Source: Candidatus Thorarchaeota archaeon (GTDB lineage Archaea; Asgardarchaeota; Thorarchaeia; Thorarchaeales; Thorarchaeaceae). Taken from it: a stretch of DNA of 64,000 bases. Of the stretch, positions 39,859-50,626 are shown piece after piece. Position numbers and translations under genes: made by a program. Under the pieces are notes generated by a model. The model searched no databases. It was not told the DNA's origin and was given only the letters and a program-made list of their open reading frames with translations. The DNA is taken from contig DXJO01000018.1 of NCBI GenBank assembly GCA_019057475.1, positions 1 through 64,000 on the forward strand, given 5' to 3'. The number at the start of each line of letters is the position of its first letter. The first letter of the stretch is position 1.

Positions 39859-40275
39859 GTGATGCAAATGACTGATAAGATATACGTAATCAGCTGTAGT
39901 CAAGATTTGGCGAGTATGGGCATTGACCGAATGCGTACTTCTGTTGAGGGGTTGGAAGAGGTCGAACTATCATTTGATTGGTCAGCAGTACGGCTTGTTC
40001 CAGTCATCGCTGACGAAAAGGTCAAGTTTCAGATAGGCGAAACGCTCATAGTCAGTATAAAACCAATAGAGATTCCTGCATATGCTGCAGTCATCCAGAG
40101 TTTCTATGGTACGAACGGAATGGGTCACATGTTCTGCATAGGTTGCCTCACATTCAAGACTTATGCCGACGACCGAGTTGCGGACAAGGCAATGTTCCAG
40201 TCTAGAGTGAAGGCGCCCGTTATGAAGGGAGACCTTCTTGGACAGGTTCTAATTGTACCTGGAAAGAAGAAGTGA
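39859..40275 (+). CDS. Archaeal DUF22-like protein
   Basis: PVIADE...GE...IKPIEIP...GH...KGDLLG. Confidence 0.6.
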   Translation: MMQMTDKIYVISCSQDLASMGIDRMRTSVEGLEEVELSFDWSAVRLVPVIADEKVKFQIGETLIVSIKPIEIPAYAAVIQSFYGTNGMGHMFCIGCLTFKTYADDRVADKAMFQSRVKAPVMKGDLLGQVLIVPGKKK

Positions 40276-40425
40276 AAGCACCCAGAATAGAAATTAAACC
40301 CAAAGATATCAACTACCTTAGACGGTTGCATTGATCTATCCAACTTTCTAATTCATCGGGACCCCTAACTCATTAGAATCACGTATAGGCACACAGTTTT
40401 ATCACATAAGAATTCCCAGCAGTTT

Positions 40426-41358
40426 GTGGTTCTGATGACCTACAGACTGCGAGATTTTCGTTTCGACGAGGACTTCGATTTAGCACGAAGATTTCTTGGT
40501 GATACGTTCGAACTAACTGGAGAGCACTACACATGGGTACCATCAAGATTAGAAAATGAAAAGCATGGACAATGCGGTTCAGAGCATTCACCAGAAGATG
40601 ACAAATGGATCAAGATATGGGAACACGTGGATGATGAAAGTCCGACCATTGTAGCAGTAACCATCTTGAAATCTAATGGGTACTTCTGGATAAACGTCCA
40701 TCCTGATCATAGAGCACTTGTGAAAGAGATTGTTCCAGCCATAGAAGCGCAAAGGAAACAAATGAGTAAAGCAGAGGAAGAAGAACTCAAGATTGGCACA
40801 CCAGTTCCAATAAGTTTCAAGTCACGAATTGCACATCTCAAAGAATTGGGGTATGAGGAGGGAGGTGTATGTGAACACAATCGAATTAGACCACTCAATC
40901 TTCCTCCTCCTGAGTTTCAACCACCTGAGGGTTATACTGTCAGACATGTTGCGTTATCTGAGGACTTCGAAGAATACCGTAAGGTCCTCAGTGCGGTCTT
41001 TCCTCATTGTACAAGCATGACAGAGAATCTGGTAAGAATCTACACTGAAGCGGAGTTCTATAATGATGATCTTGATCTTGTGGTGGAAGCGCTTGATGGG
41101 AGCTTTGCAGCTTTCGTCACAGTGAGGATTGACCCAATCAGCAGGATGGCTGAGCTGGAACCAGTAGGGACACATCCAGACCACAGGGGTTTAGGACTTG
41201 GAAAGGCAATCTGTGCTGAAGGTATTCGACGTGTTCAGAAATACAATCCAAGCTGCATCGTTATTCTAGGAGCTGCATCAACTGAAAGCGCCGTCAGGCT
41301 TTACGATTCACTTGGTTTTTCAAAGGAAGATGTTCATCTCTGGAAGAAGATTATCTAG
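40426..41358 (+). CDS. GNAT acetyltransferase
   Basis: EPVGTHPDHRGLGLGKA, LYDSLGF. Confidence 0.85.
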   Translation: MVLMTYRLRDFRFDEDFDLARRFLGDTFELTGEHYTWVPSRLENEKHGQCGSEHSPEDDKWIKIWEHVDDESPTIVAVTILKSNGYFWINVHPDHRALVKEIVPAIEAQRKQMSKAEEEELKIGTPVPISFKSRIAHLKELGYEEGGVCEHNRIRPLNLPPPEFQPPEGYTVRHVALSEDFEEYRKVLSAVFPHCTSMTENLVRIYTEAEFYNDDLDLVVEALDGSFAAFVTVRIDPISRMAELEPVGTHPDHRGLGLGKAICAEGIRRVQKYNPSCIVILGAASTESAVRLYDSLGFSKEDVHLWKKII

Positions 41359-41594
41359 GCGCTTCGCTTTATGAACCAGATTATTTTGTCGCCCTCTTCA
41401 CGCATTTCAAGGATCTCATTTCCTGTGCGCTTGGCCCAGGTTGGAAAATCCTTCTTAGTGCCAACATCTGTGACAGTAACTTGGAGAATCTCTCCCACCG
41501 CGATCTCCTTGATTTCCTTCTTCGTCTTCAGCACGGGCATCGGACATCTCAGCCCGCTCGCGTCAAACACTCTAGCGACTTCATGATCAGTCAT
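41355..41594 (-). CDS. tusA: TusA-family sulfur carrier
   Basis: DASGLRCPMPV (CPxP), D...KDFPTW. Confidence 0.9.
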   Translation of the reverse strand: MTDHEVARVFDASGLRCPMPVLKTKKEIKEIAVGEILQVTVTDVGTKKDFPTWAKRTGNEILEMREEGDKIIWFIKRSA

Positions 41595-41813
41595 AGGTCA
41601 TCAACTAGGCTGCAAAAGCGATTTATTCCCGTTTTATGCGTTACCATATGCCCAAACAGCCATATGCAGCTAAACGTTCATTCTGAAATCGCGCGGTTAC
41701 AGTCCGTAATCCTACGCAGTACATTTGCACGGTAACAGACCATTTTTTGTTCCTTTTCCATCACCCTTAATAACACGCGAAATCAACCATTTAGCAATTG
41801 CGGGTGAATTACA

Positions 41814-42209
41814 ATGGCCCTATTCGAATTGATTCTGTTCGTCCTATTCGGTGTTGCCATGAGCACGATGTTTAGCGGGTTTATGCTAGCGAGAAGGATG
41901 GGCTTCTATCTGATGAAGCAAGTCATGACTCTTATGGGAGCGATGATAGTCGCACTGGGAGCACTGATCGTGGGACTTTTCCTCCCGCCAGCGATTCCAG
42001 CTATGTATGACATGCTTCATATAATATTAATGATCAACTTCATCCTAGTCCTAGTGGCTACTCTAATGGAGTTCGGTCAGGTGCTACCAATACTCATGAA
42101 GGCAATGCAGGGTGGTCCGATCCACAGTTCGCACATCACGAACTTGTTGATCTCCTTCTTCCTGGCATTGGGCTTGGTTCTCTTCTATGAGGGCCTAGCA
42201 ATACTGTAG
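41814..42209 (+). CDS. 4-TM membrane protein
   Basis: Almost entirely hydrophobic. Confidence 0.7.
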   Translation: MALFELILFVLFGVAMSTMFSGFMLARRMGFYLMKQVMTLMGAMIVALGALIVGLFLPPAIPAMYDMLHIILMINFILVLVATLMEFGQVLPILMKAMQGGPIHSSHITNLLISFFLALGLVLFYEGLAIL

Positions 42210-42225
42210 AGGAGATGATTCAAAG

Positions 42226-42588
42226 ATGGCTAGTCTATACATCGTAGGATCGTGGGGTCCGGAAGCCGCAGAGCGATGCTTTGCTCCCTTTGTGACCGGC
42301 ACGACCGCTCAGGCACAGGACGTAAAGGCGAAGGTATTCCTCATGATGGACGCAGTGTACCTCATGAAGAAGGGAATCGCAGAGAAGGTTAAGGCGCCTG
42401 GTTTTCCGCCACTTCCAGAGCTCATCGATGCATTCCTAGAGGAAGGTGGAAAAATCGAGCTCTGTTCAAACTCAGCAGAGTTCAGAGGCGTAAAGAAAGA
42501 GCATCTACGCGACGATCGCATCACTATTGCTGGCGCCGCCACAATGATTGATGATGCCCTTACGTTTGACAGTACAATGTACTTCTAA
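42226..42588 (+). CDS. DsrE/F-like protein
   Basis: VFLMMDAV, GGKIELCSNS...RG. Confidence 0.8.
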   Translation: MASLYIVGSWGPEAAERCFAPFVTGTTAQAQDVKAKVFLMMDAVYLMKKGIAEKVKAPGFPPLPELIDAFLEEGGKIELCSNSAEFRGVKKEHLRDDRITIAGAATMIDDALTFDSTMYF

Positions 42589-42593
42589 GTGTC

Positions 42594-42629
42594 GGCGGGA
42601 ATCTATTCCCCGCCCTCTCTTTTATTTTT
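42594..42629 (+). terminator. Hairpin plus T-tract between convergent genes
   Basis: GGCGGGAAT-ct-ATTCCCCGCC followed by T-rich sequence. Confidence 0.6.
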
Positions 42630-42641
42630 CTGGAATGTCAC

Positions 42642-42941
42642 TCAAAGAGAGATGACCTTGTCGTATTCGTCCATCATCAAATCGACGATTCGGGAGTAGT
42701 CAACAAGATCCACATCCACGACAAGGCGATCACCCAGTCCGCGTTCCTCCACGTGTTTCTTGGACGCATACACCTTGACTTTCAACGTCTTGAGTTCATC
42801 AGAGTGTGGACAGCCTTTGTCAGCCATGAAAACTCCATCCTGAACCAGCAAAATGGCCGCCTCTTGGCCTTTGCTTTTCAAAGCTTGAATAATCTCTTCC
42901 AGACTTGAGCAGTCAGACGATAGCCAAATCAATGCCTTCAA
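42642..42941 (-). CDS. DsrH/TusB-like protein
   Basis: LLVQDGV, ERGL, VDY..IVDLM. Confidence 0.8.
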   Translation of the reverse strand: MKALIWLSSDCSSLEEIIQALKSKGQEAAILLVQDGVFMADKGCPHSDELKTLKVKVYASKKHVEERGLGDRLVVDVDLVDYSRIVDLMMDEYDKVISL

Positions 42942-42956
42942 CTTCGCATCACACTC

Positions 42957-43307
42957 CTAAAATGTTAGAACTATTTCGTTCTCTACGAACGCCTTCCCTA
43001 CCCCAGCCTCGTCGAGTACTTCCACGCCTTCAATCAATTCACCGGGGCTTATGTTGTGCGCCTCCAACGACTTCTTGCTCACACAGATGCGACCATCGAA
43101 ACTCTGGAAGGTCATCTTGAACATCCTGATTGGCAGGTCGTTCATACCCTTCAGAATTGAGAGAACGCCGTCCCCCATGAATAGCATCATCGGTTCATGA
43201 TCCATGCCAAACATACCAACACTTGCACGCCAGCCCTCAAAGTTAAAGATGGAACCAAAAGGCTTGGATCTGATCAATAGCAGTACACTCCGTTCCGTGA
43301 ATTCCAC
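42957..43307 (-). CDS. DsrF/TusC-like protein
   Basis: SKPFGS...EGWR, FMGDGV, SL. Confidence 0.75.
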   Translation of the reverse strand: MEFTERSVLLLIRSKPFGSIFNFEGWRASVGMFGMDHEPMMLFMGDGVLSILKGMNDLPIRMFKMTFQSFDGRICVSKKSLEAHNISPGELIEGVEVLDEAGVGKAFVENEIVLTF

Positions 43308-43318
43308 TGTGATTCCTC

Positions 43319-43684
43319 CTATGGTACAAACGTTAGAAACCTGTCACACTCACCTACAATCTCTGCAAGCTCGGTGAGACCTGTGACCTCGACCCCCGGA
43401 GTGTAGTCAGTACCTTCCTGGTCAAATCCTCTGGCAGTTGTGCAGAGGCCACATGCTTGGAAAACAGCCCCAGCATCAGCCAGCTCTTGGAACCTTTCAT
43501 TCATTGGGCGTTCAGGATCAGGTTCCTGGTTGAGCTTGGCATTGTTCACTCCGTCCACAAAAAGGAAGGCTTTCACTTCGTGACCCTTCTCGAGAGCGGC
43601 CTTAGCAATCTCATAGAAGGTTTCGCTATTCTGGTATGTATAAGGGCCGGTGAGCAATAGCATGCCCAGAGTCTTCTTGTTCAA
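43319..43684 (-). CDS. DsrE/TusD-like sulfur transferase
   Basis: TGPY, FLFVDGV, ACGLCTTARG, GLTEL. Confidence 0.85.
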   Translation of the reverse strand: MNKKTLGMLLLTGPYTYQNSETFYEIAKAALEKGHEVKAFLFVDGVNNAKLNQEPDPERPMNERFQELADAGAVFQACGLCTTARGFDQEGTDYTPGVEVTGLTELAEIVGECDRFLTFVP

Positions 43685-43775
43685 TCCAAATCAACTCCTA
43701 GAGCTGTCCATTCAATTCCTGAGTGGTTAAAAAATGTAACAGTACGACAGTGAAGGTGCCCATGATGCTCGACAT

Positions 43776-44834
43776 TCAGTTGGCTGCATCAGACACTTGC
43801 GCCTTGAAGCACGCAACTTCACGCCCGTCGCTCATCTTCAAGAGTTCAGGCTCCTTCTGACTGCACTCGTCACCCACAAACGGACATCTTGTATGGAACC
43901 TACAGCCGGATGGAATGCTGATTGGGTTGGGGGTCTCTCCTGTCAAGAGTATCCTGTTGCGTTCTACACCTATTTCAGGGACGGGAACAACGGAAACCAG
44001 TGCCTTTGTGTACTTGTGCATTGGCGAATCAATAATCTGCTTGGTTTCGCCTCTCTCAACTATCTTGCCTAGGTACGCTATCGCGATTCGGTCTGCGAGC
44101 TGTTTCGCTACCGCAAGGTTGTGCGTGATTATAATGATGGATATGTTCTTCTTCGCCCTAAGCTCCAAGAGCAAAGTAAGAATCTGACCGCGCATTGAAA
44201 CGTCCAGCATAGAAACCGGCTCGTCTGCTATTAGCAGATCTGGGTTTAGAACTAATGCGGCCGCGACCGCAACCCGCTGTCTTTGCCCTCCGCTTAGTTC
44301 GTGCGGCAATCGACCGACGAACTCATCTGGAGAATTTAGGCCTACATCCTCAAGAGCTGACCTCACTCGCTCGTCGACTTCGCATTCATCACGGCATATA
44401 TTGTGAATTCTAAGCGGCTCGGCGATAATGTCTTCAACAGTCATGTTATTGCTGAGAGAACCATAGGGATCTTGGAAAATCATTTGCATCCTCGTTCGGT
44501 ACTTCTTGAATTCTGATTCACTCATATCTGAAATCTTGTCACCGTCAAACCAAAGCTCCCCCTCTGTCAACGTTTCCAGTCGCATTATGAGCCTAGCGAT
44601 CGTGGTCTTGCCGCAGCCCGATTCGCCTGCAATGCAGAAGATCTCACCTCTCTTAACTTTCAAGTCTATGCCATCTACAGCACGGATGTATGTGGGCTCA
44701 GTTCTTTTGAAGATAGTTGAGAATAGTCCGCTTCTAACAGTGAACCACTTCTTGATGCCTCGTGCCTCCAATATTATATCTGACATCAGAACTCGTGCCT
44801 CCTCCAGCAAGCAACGCAGTGGCCATTCTCGCAT
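43776..44834 (-). CDS. Peptide ABC transporter ATPase, OppF/DppF-like (start probably 44786)
   Basis: [29 protein letters not shown]. Confidence 0.92.
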   Translation of the reverse strand: MREWPLRCLLEEARVLMSDIILEARGIKKWFTVRSGLFSTIFKRTEPTYIRAVDGIDLKVKRGEIFCIAGESGCGKTTIARLIMRLETLTEGELWFDGDKISDMSESEFKKYRTRMQMIFQDPYGSLSNNMTVEDIIAEPLRIHNICRDECEVDERVRSALEDVGLNSPDEFVGRLPHELSGGQRQRVAVAAALVLNPDLLIADEPVSMLDVSMRGQILTLLLELRAKKNISIIIITHNLAVAKQLADRIAIAYLGKIVERGETKQIIDSPMHKYTKALVSVVPVPEIGVERNRILLTGETPNPISIPSGCRFHTRCPFVGDECSQKEPELLKMSDGREVACFKAQVSDAAN

Positions 44835-45757
44835 TCAAGAGGTGGTACTTCCTGTCTACACCTGTCAACAGCGAAATCACACCTGGGATTGAATCTGCAA
44901 CCGCTTGGCGGATTAATGAGGTCCGGTGGATTTCCAGGAATGAAGTCTATCTCCTTATCGACTAGAATACTCGGAAATGATGAGATGAGTTTCTTCGTAT
45001 ACGGATGCTCAGGCATTGTGAAGATAGTATCAGTGCGGCCAGTTTCTACAATACGCCCTGCATACATTATGATGATTCTGTCACAAGTTTCAGCCAGAAC
45101 AGACAGGTCATGAGTAATCAGGAGGACTGATAGATTGGTCCTATCCCTCAACTGGTTAAAAAGGTCGAGAATCTGCGCTTGGACCATAACATCTAAAGCT
45201 GTCGTTGGCTCGTCCGCGATTATGATGGACGGATGGCAGACCAAAGCCAAAGCAATCATCAGGCGTTGCTTCATTCCACCGCTCAATTCATGGGGATATG
45301 AAGTGGCACGTGCAGGGTCGATTCCAACTGATTTGATCAACTCAAGCGAGCGCTCTTTCGCCTCCTGTTCTGTCACATCCTCGTGAATACGCAATGCAGT
45401 GATCATTTGGTCTATAGCCTTGTGGACTGGATTCAGAGCATTCATCGCTCCTTGGAATACCATGGAAATATCACGCCAACGAAGTGCTTCGACCTTTTTT
45501 GTATCATAGTCAAGTATGTTCTCGCCCTTGAATAGGATGACCCCTTCTTCCACCTTGCCCTCTTTGGGCAGCAAATGCATCAATGACAGCGCTGTAGTTG
45601 TCTTCCCGCAACCTGACTCGCCGCTCAGCCCTATGAACTCACCACGATGAATCCTGAAGCTAACATTCTCAGCTGCCTTCACTTTGCCCTGCTTGGTTTC
45701 GTAGGTGATTCGCAGGTTTTTCACCTCGAGGAAAACTTCGCGTTTTGTGTCAGCCAT
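44786..45757 (-). CDS. Peptide ABC transporter ATPase, OppD/DppD-like
   Basis: [32 protein letters not shown]. Confidence 0.92.
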   Translation of the reverse strand: MADTKREVFLEVKNLRITYETKQGKVKAAENVSFRIHRGEFIGLSGESGCGKTTTALSLMHLLPKEGKVEEGVILFKGENILDYDTKKVEALRWRDISMVFQGAMNALNPVHKAIDQMITALRIHEDVTEQEAKERSLELIKSVGIDPARATSYPHELSGGMKQRLMIALALVCHPSIIIADEPTTALDVMVQAQILDLFNQLRDRTNLSVLLITHDLSVLAETCDRIIIMYAGRIVETGRTDTIFTMPEHPYTKKLISSFPSILVDKEIDFIPGNPPDLINPPSGCRFNPRCDFAVDRCRQEVPPLECENGHCVACWRRHEF

Positions 45758-45766
45758 GTCCTCGCA

Positions 45767-48523
45767 TCACCGCCTCCTCAATCGGGGGTTGGCAATCTCG
45801 TCCATGGCATATCCAAGCATGGAAACCCCCATCAACAGTAGAACCACCATGATTCCAGGTGGAAAGACCCACCACCAAAGATTCCCAGTCATTGCACCCG
45901 AGCCAAAGGCTTGGTATAACATTGTGCCCCAACTGACCATAGTTGGATCACCCAACCCAAAGAAATCAAGCACGACTTCAGAGAGAATCGCATAGGCTGT
46001 CACAAGAACTGTGTTGGCAACGATGAGCGGCGCTACTGCGGGGAGAATATGCTTAAACATGATGTAGGATTTGCTACCTCCGACCGCTCTTGCTCTCTCG
46101 ATGTAATCCCGCTCCTTAATTGTTAAAACCTGACCCCTTACTATGCGCGCAGTGGAAGGCCAAGAGAATATGCCTATGATAATAATCAACGAATAGACCG
46201 AAGGAGGAAGAATCGCACCAAGAATAATCATAATCACAAGACCAGGTATCACAAAGAAGATGTCGGTGAAACGCATCAAAAGCGAATCAGCAATGCCTCC
46301 ATAGTACCCCGCAAGCAGACCAATCATTCCTCCAATGAACATCGTAATCATTGTTGCGACTAGTCCGATGATGAGTGTGATGCGAACGCCGATGACAAGC
46401 TGACTGAATACATCTCGTCCAAGCTGGTCGGTACCCAAGAGATGGAACCCGGGAAAAGAGGTGGGATTGCCTGTAATTATCCACAATGAGGTCGTCATCA
46501 GAAGAGCAAGGCCCAAAGTCAGCATAGTCAAGCCGATAAGACGCTCCAAGGAGGGTCTCAACGCTGATTTTGTGATTTCTCTCAGTGCAGACCGCAAGTT
46601 GGGTAGTGCTAGAGCAAGACCTATCCCACCAAGCAAGAATGCACCTGCAGTGGCAAGAGAGCTTGCTCTAGCTAGCGAATGCGGAAGAAGGAGGATTGCA
46701 ACGTAAGCAAGAAAGGCTCCAATGAAAGCCCATTGAATTGAAGCAGAAATGTTTGGCCTATTACGATAGCTTGCGTACACCCACACCACGGCGCCTATCA
46801 CAAGGATAGCTAGACTGACATCTAGAAGAGCGGCTTGATCTAATGGTAGGGGTGTTGGGGGCTGTCGTGGTGTCCCTGTCAAATGGGCTGTGGGATCGTA
46901 TGGAGCAAGTATGTCTCCAAATATCGCGAGAGCAGCAAATGCGGAAACTGTTACTGCTCCAACAATGCCCATTTTGTTCCCTAGAATCTGCCTTACCATA
47001 GCGATTGTCTGCACCTGTCGATTCAGGAAGTAGCCATAAAGCCAGCCGGCCAATGATGTTATTGTAAGAAGAGGATGAGCGATGATGGAAGCTGACAACA
47101 TCAGGACATGTAACCAGCCCTCCAGCGATGACACGGGCGGAAACACGCTTGCGCCCACAAAGGTCGTGGCCCAAGATAGTACCCATTCCAGCCCATATGC
47201 GTTGGGCATCGCAAGTGCCACAATCATTACAATTGTGACAAACAGCACATTCAACGTTAGGACTAATTGCGATAGTCGAATAAGCAGCTGCGGCCGATGA
47301 TTCGTCCAGAGGTACGTCAGGTTCCCAGGTGAATAAAGCTTGGCTCTATTCCAAATGAACCTGAGGATATCTTGCCTTCGCACGAATACGAGGATGGCAA
47401 GTGTGCTAATCAGAAATAGTGCAGCATAAGAAGGTGCGAGGAGCAGAATAACAATGTCCAGGCACAGCAGCACTGTGGTTAAGTACGTGAAAGGGCGCAG
47501 AAACCACCCGAAAAACCCTCCCTTCTTCTCATCTGTGAGGGTGAACTCAGTTCCCACTCTGATTCGTGGGTCAAGCCAGTAGTACAGGAAATCAGCAGCA
47601 AGGTTGGCAAAGATCATAACCACAGTGATCACAAAGAATGTTCCCTGCAAAACGGGGTAATCCCTCCAAAGAATGCCGTCCCAGAGCAAACGTCCGATTC
47701 CGGGATATGAGAAAATGACCTCCACTTGAAGTGCACCAGCTACCGTGGCTCCGAGGTTCAGAGCTATGATAGTGGTTACAGGAATCATTGCATTTGGCAC
47801 GGCCTCTTTGTCCAGCTGATCCTTCTCAGTACGTCCTTTCGCTTTCGCTGTAATCATGTAGTCCTCACTAAGCACATCAAGCAGTGCATTTCTCATTATG
47901 AGCGCAAACACGCCAATCAAAGCTATTGTCAGTACACCCCAAGGTAAAATGAGTCGTCTGACGATTTCATAGGTAAAAAGTAAGGGATTACTAACGAAAT
48001 CTATGTTTGGGATAATTGCTGTTATCGGGAACCATCCAAGATTGACTGCGAACAGCATGATGAAGAACATAGAGAGGAAAAACGACGGAATGGAATAGGT
48101 CAGCAATGAGATGATTAGTCCAACGGCATCAGCACGCTCACCCCGTTTCCATGCAGAATGCTTTCCAATGTAGATGCCGATTGCTATGGAGGCAATGGTC
48201 GCAGGTAGAATGAGTAGCAGTGTATTGAGCAAACGGTGAAGTATCAATATTCCAACATCTGTCTGATATCGAAATGAGATACCGAAGTTACCTGTCAGGA
48301 AGTTGACAATGAATAGAAAAAACTGCTCAGGAAGCGGCTTGTCCAAGCCAAACGCTATGATGATTTGCTCCTGCGCAGCTTCAGGGATATTCGGGTTTCT
48401 GGCTAGGAATGTGGCAGGATCTCCCGGAAGCATATGGAAGAAGATGAAGTCGATAGCCAGTGCAATGAATATAGTAACAATGGCTTGTACGACTCTTTTC
48501 GCCAGTGTTCCTCTTAGACCCAA
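45767..48523 (-). CDS. Fused OppB-OppC ABC permease with extra TM segments
   Basis: OppB half (LPGDP, FGLDKP, AKAKG, RDYPVLQG, LDPRI) and OppC half (LGTDQLGRD, ARAVG, SWG, NPRLR) in one ORF. Confidence 0.9.
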   Translation of the reverse strand: MGLRGTLAKRVVQAIVTIFIALAIDFIFFHMLPGDPATFLARNPNIPEAAQEQIIIAFGLDKPLPEQFFLFIVNFLTGNFGISFRYQTDVGILILHRLLNTLLLILPATIASIAIGIYIGKHSAWKRGERADAVGLIISLLTYSIPSFFLSMFFIMLFAVNLGWFPITAIIPNIDFVSNPLLFTYEIVRRLILPWGVLTIALIGVFALIMRNALLDVLSEDYMITAKAKGRTEKDQLDKEAVPNAMIPVTTIIALNLGATVAGALQVEVIFSYPGIGRLLWDGILWRDYPVLQGTFFVITVVMIFANLAADFLYYWLDPRIRVGTEFTLTDEKKGGFFGWFLRPFTYLTTVLLCLDIVILLLAPSYAALFLISTLAILVFVRRQDILRFIWNRAKLYSPGNLTYLWTNHRPQLLIRLSQLVLTLNVLFVTIVMIVALAMPNAYGLEWVLSWATTFVGASVFPPVSSLEGWLHVLMLSASIIAHPLLTITSLAGWLYGYFLNRQVQTIAMVRQILGNKMGIVGAVTVSAFAALAIFGDILAPYDPTAHLTGTPRQPPTPLPLDQAALLDVSLAILVIGAVVWVYASYRNRPNISASIQWAFIGAFLAYVAILLLPHSLARASSLATAGAFLLGGIGLALALPNLRSALREITKSALRPSLERLIGLTMLTLGLALLMTTSLWIITGNPTSFPGFHLLGTDQLGRDVFSQLVIGVRITLIIGLVATMITMFIGGMIGLLAGYYGGIADSLLMRFTDIFFVIPGLVIMIILGAILPPSVYSLIIIIGIFSWPSTARIVRGQVLTIKERDYIERARAVGGSKSYIMFKHILPAVAPLIVANTVLVTAYAILSEVVLDFFGLGDPTMVSWGTMLYQAFGSGAMTGNLWWWVFPPGIMVVLLLMGVSMLGYAMDEIANPRLRRR

Positions 48524-48624
48524 AAAACCTCACCTTAAGTCCTGTGTACTACCAGTCTGCTAAAAAGATTGGAAGGAACAGACAGATATTATGCCTGTTC
48601 CATCCATTTTCTTGCTTTTTGATA

Positions 48625-50607
48625 TCAGCCTCTCCGTTTCATGTATACGATGCCTATGATCACGATTACAACCACAGCTATTCCAACGAGGGCAATCATC
48701 TCTATCGGGAACGCGGATGGCAAAAGGACATACACGTCAGCCTCAAGCCAAGACATCCAGTTCCAAATGGAAAAGATTCCTGATTCCCAGTCTGTATGAG
48801 CGAACTCCCATCTGTCGCTTCGATAGATTTCTAGGTCATTGAACTCCACAAGGATACAGACGCTGGCCTCATCATAGACAAGCTGCTGCATCTCATCGAT
48901 CAGGTCCTCACGTTCACTATCGTCAGCGAGCTTTTGCTCTGCATAGATTTCGTCTACGCGTGCAATGGAGAGTCCAGTCGGGTTAATCCAGCTCGGGGTT
49001 GTCATATACTGAGCGATGCTGTTGGGATCTGCTATCTGGGAATAGAACGTGACTGCCAGGTCGAAGTTTCGGCTACCCGCTGCGGTGTCAGTCACGAAGG
49101 TTGTTGTGTCAACTGCCTGAAGGGTTATGCCAAAGCCAGCAGCCTCAAGATCCGCCTCTATCAGTTGAACCATGCTCAGGTCAACCGGCGCGCCTGAAAC
49201 ATACTTCAAAGTAAACTCAAGAGCCTTGGTTGATCCATTGAGATCCTTTTCGTAGACCCCTCCGGTATTCTTAACCCAACCGTCCGCCTCAAGAGTTGCC
49301 ATCGCTTCAGCTGTACCAGCATCAAAGGTCACTAGTGCATTGTTGAACCATTTGAGTGTACTATGAACAACAGAGTCTGCAGGCTGAGCATGGTCCAGAT
49401 AGGCAATTTGAGCAATCTTTGTCTTGTTGATTGCCTGATTGATTGCCTTCTTGACCGAAAACTCACGCAACGCGAATTTGTCAGTCGTATTGCAGTAGTA
49501 CCAATCCTGGTCTATGAGTAGAGCTTCCCATCCAAGGAACGGGTTCTCATTGAGAGTAACTCCCTCAGTAGTTCCTAGAGACTCCAAGAATGGAGCTTCA
49601 GTTTCGCAGAAGTCGATTTCACCAGCCGCAAGAGCTTGTGTCATTGTTTCGATAGAGCTGTAGAACAGCACAGTAATGTTGTCGATGTTAGGGCGTCCCC
49701 ATTGATAGTCCTCATTTGCTTCAAGGAATGCGTACTCTCCGATTACGTACTCGGAAAGCTTGAACATGCCAGTGCCGACTTCTGGTGTGTCAAAGGTCGG
49801 TACAATAATGTTCCATGAGATTCCATCCCAGTTCAGGTAGTCCCAGTAGCCCCACGGGTCATAGCCGGTACCATTCAAACCCCACACGGGGTCGTTCCAT
49901 GTGATGGGGTCCCAGAGGTGCATCGGAAGTATTGGAACGTACGTAAGACCTGTAAGTAAGTACTCCTGGTTGACCTCGACAGGCGTACTATCGTATCGCT
50001 CATTCCAGTAATAGAAAGGAGCGCCAGCCATCCACGAATAGATGCTTGCGTACCCATTCTGCACGAAGTTAAGCACAACAGTATAGTCGTCAGGGCACTT
50101 GATGTTATAGTGATCGATGTGACCTGTTTGAGCTACCCACCAGCCCAACCATGTCCAAGTGAAGAGTGTCCAATTGACATCCGCTGACGTAAATGGAGTT
50201 CCGTCGTGCCATGTGGCATTCTGAACCAAATGCAAAGTCAGTTGAGTACCATTTTCAGCCCATTCCCAGGATTCTGCAAGGCCTCCCGTCACTCCCCAAT
50301 CATCATCCCAGCGCGTTAGCGGGTCATAGATCCAGTTGAAAAATTCCCATGAGGCTATGCTTCCCGCAAGAATTGGGTTCAGGTAGTCGGGCTCACCAAA
50401 CATACCCAGTTTGAATGGCTTTCCTGTTTCTTCTTCTTGCGCAACCACTTGCATCGGCGTATTGGCTAATACGGGTAGAACCATGGCCAGAACAAGAAGT
50501 AACGCGAGAATGTATTTTCGTCTTTTCACAAATATCACATCCAGTGAAGGACTGGGCTGAAATACACGGTGTACAATGATTAAAATCCACCGAACAACAG
50601 TGAACAA
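48625..50607 (-). CDS. Family 5 solute-binding protein with C-terminal membrane anchor (likely start GTG 50529)
   Basis: LNP, LAESWE, WHDGTPFTSADV, GTG.F; signal peptide and C-terminal TM. Confidence 0.9.
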   Translation of the reverse strand: MFTVVRWILIIVHRVFQPSPSLDVIFVKRRKYILALLLVLAMVLPVLANTPMQVVAQEEETGKPFKLGMFGEPDYLNPILAGSIASWEFFNWIYDPLTRWDDDWGVTGGLAESWEWAENGTQLTLHLVQNATWHDGTPFTSADVNWTLFTWTWLGWWVAQTGHIDHYNIKCPDDYTVVLNFVQNGYASIYSWMAGAPFYYWNERYDSTPVEVNQEYLLTGLTYVPILPMHLWDPITWNDPVWGLNGTGYDPWGYWDYLNWDGISWNIIVPTFDTPEVGTGMFKLSEYVIGEYAFLEANEDYQWGRPNIDNITVLFYSSIETMTQALAAGEIDFCETEAPFLESLGTTEGVTLNENPFLGWEALLIDQDWYYCNTTDKFALREFSVKKAINQAINKTKIAQIAYLDHAQPADSVVHSTLKWFNNALVTFDAGTAEAMATLEADGWVKNTGGVYEKDLNGSTKALEFTLKYVSGAPVDLSMVQLIEADLEAAGFGITLQAVDTTTFVTDTAAGSRNFDLAVTFYSQIADPNSIAQYMTTPSWINPTGLSIARVDEIYAEQKLADDSEREDLIDEMQQLVYDEASVCILVEFNDLEIYRSDRWEFAHTDWESGIFSIWNWMSWLEADVYVLLPSAFPIEMIALVGIAVVVIVIIGIVYMKRRG

Positions 50608-50616
50608 CCATGAACA
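50592..50616 (-). promoter_or_regulatory. TGTTCA-motif array upstream of the SBP gene
   Basis: (c)GAACA 50592, TGAACA 50601 and 50611: 10-bp period, adjacent to a TTTTAAT TATA-like box on the - strand. Confidence 0.6.
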
Positions 50617-50626
50617 TGGCTAGGCA

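Noticed and set aside
41355-43684. Selenocysteine in the Tus/Dsr proteins
   Set aside because: Active-site positions are ordinary Cys codons; no truncating in-frame TGA seen.
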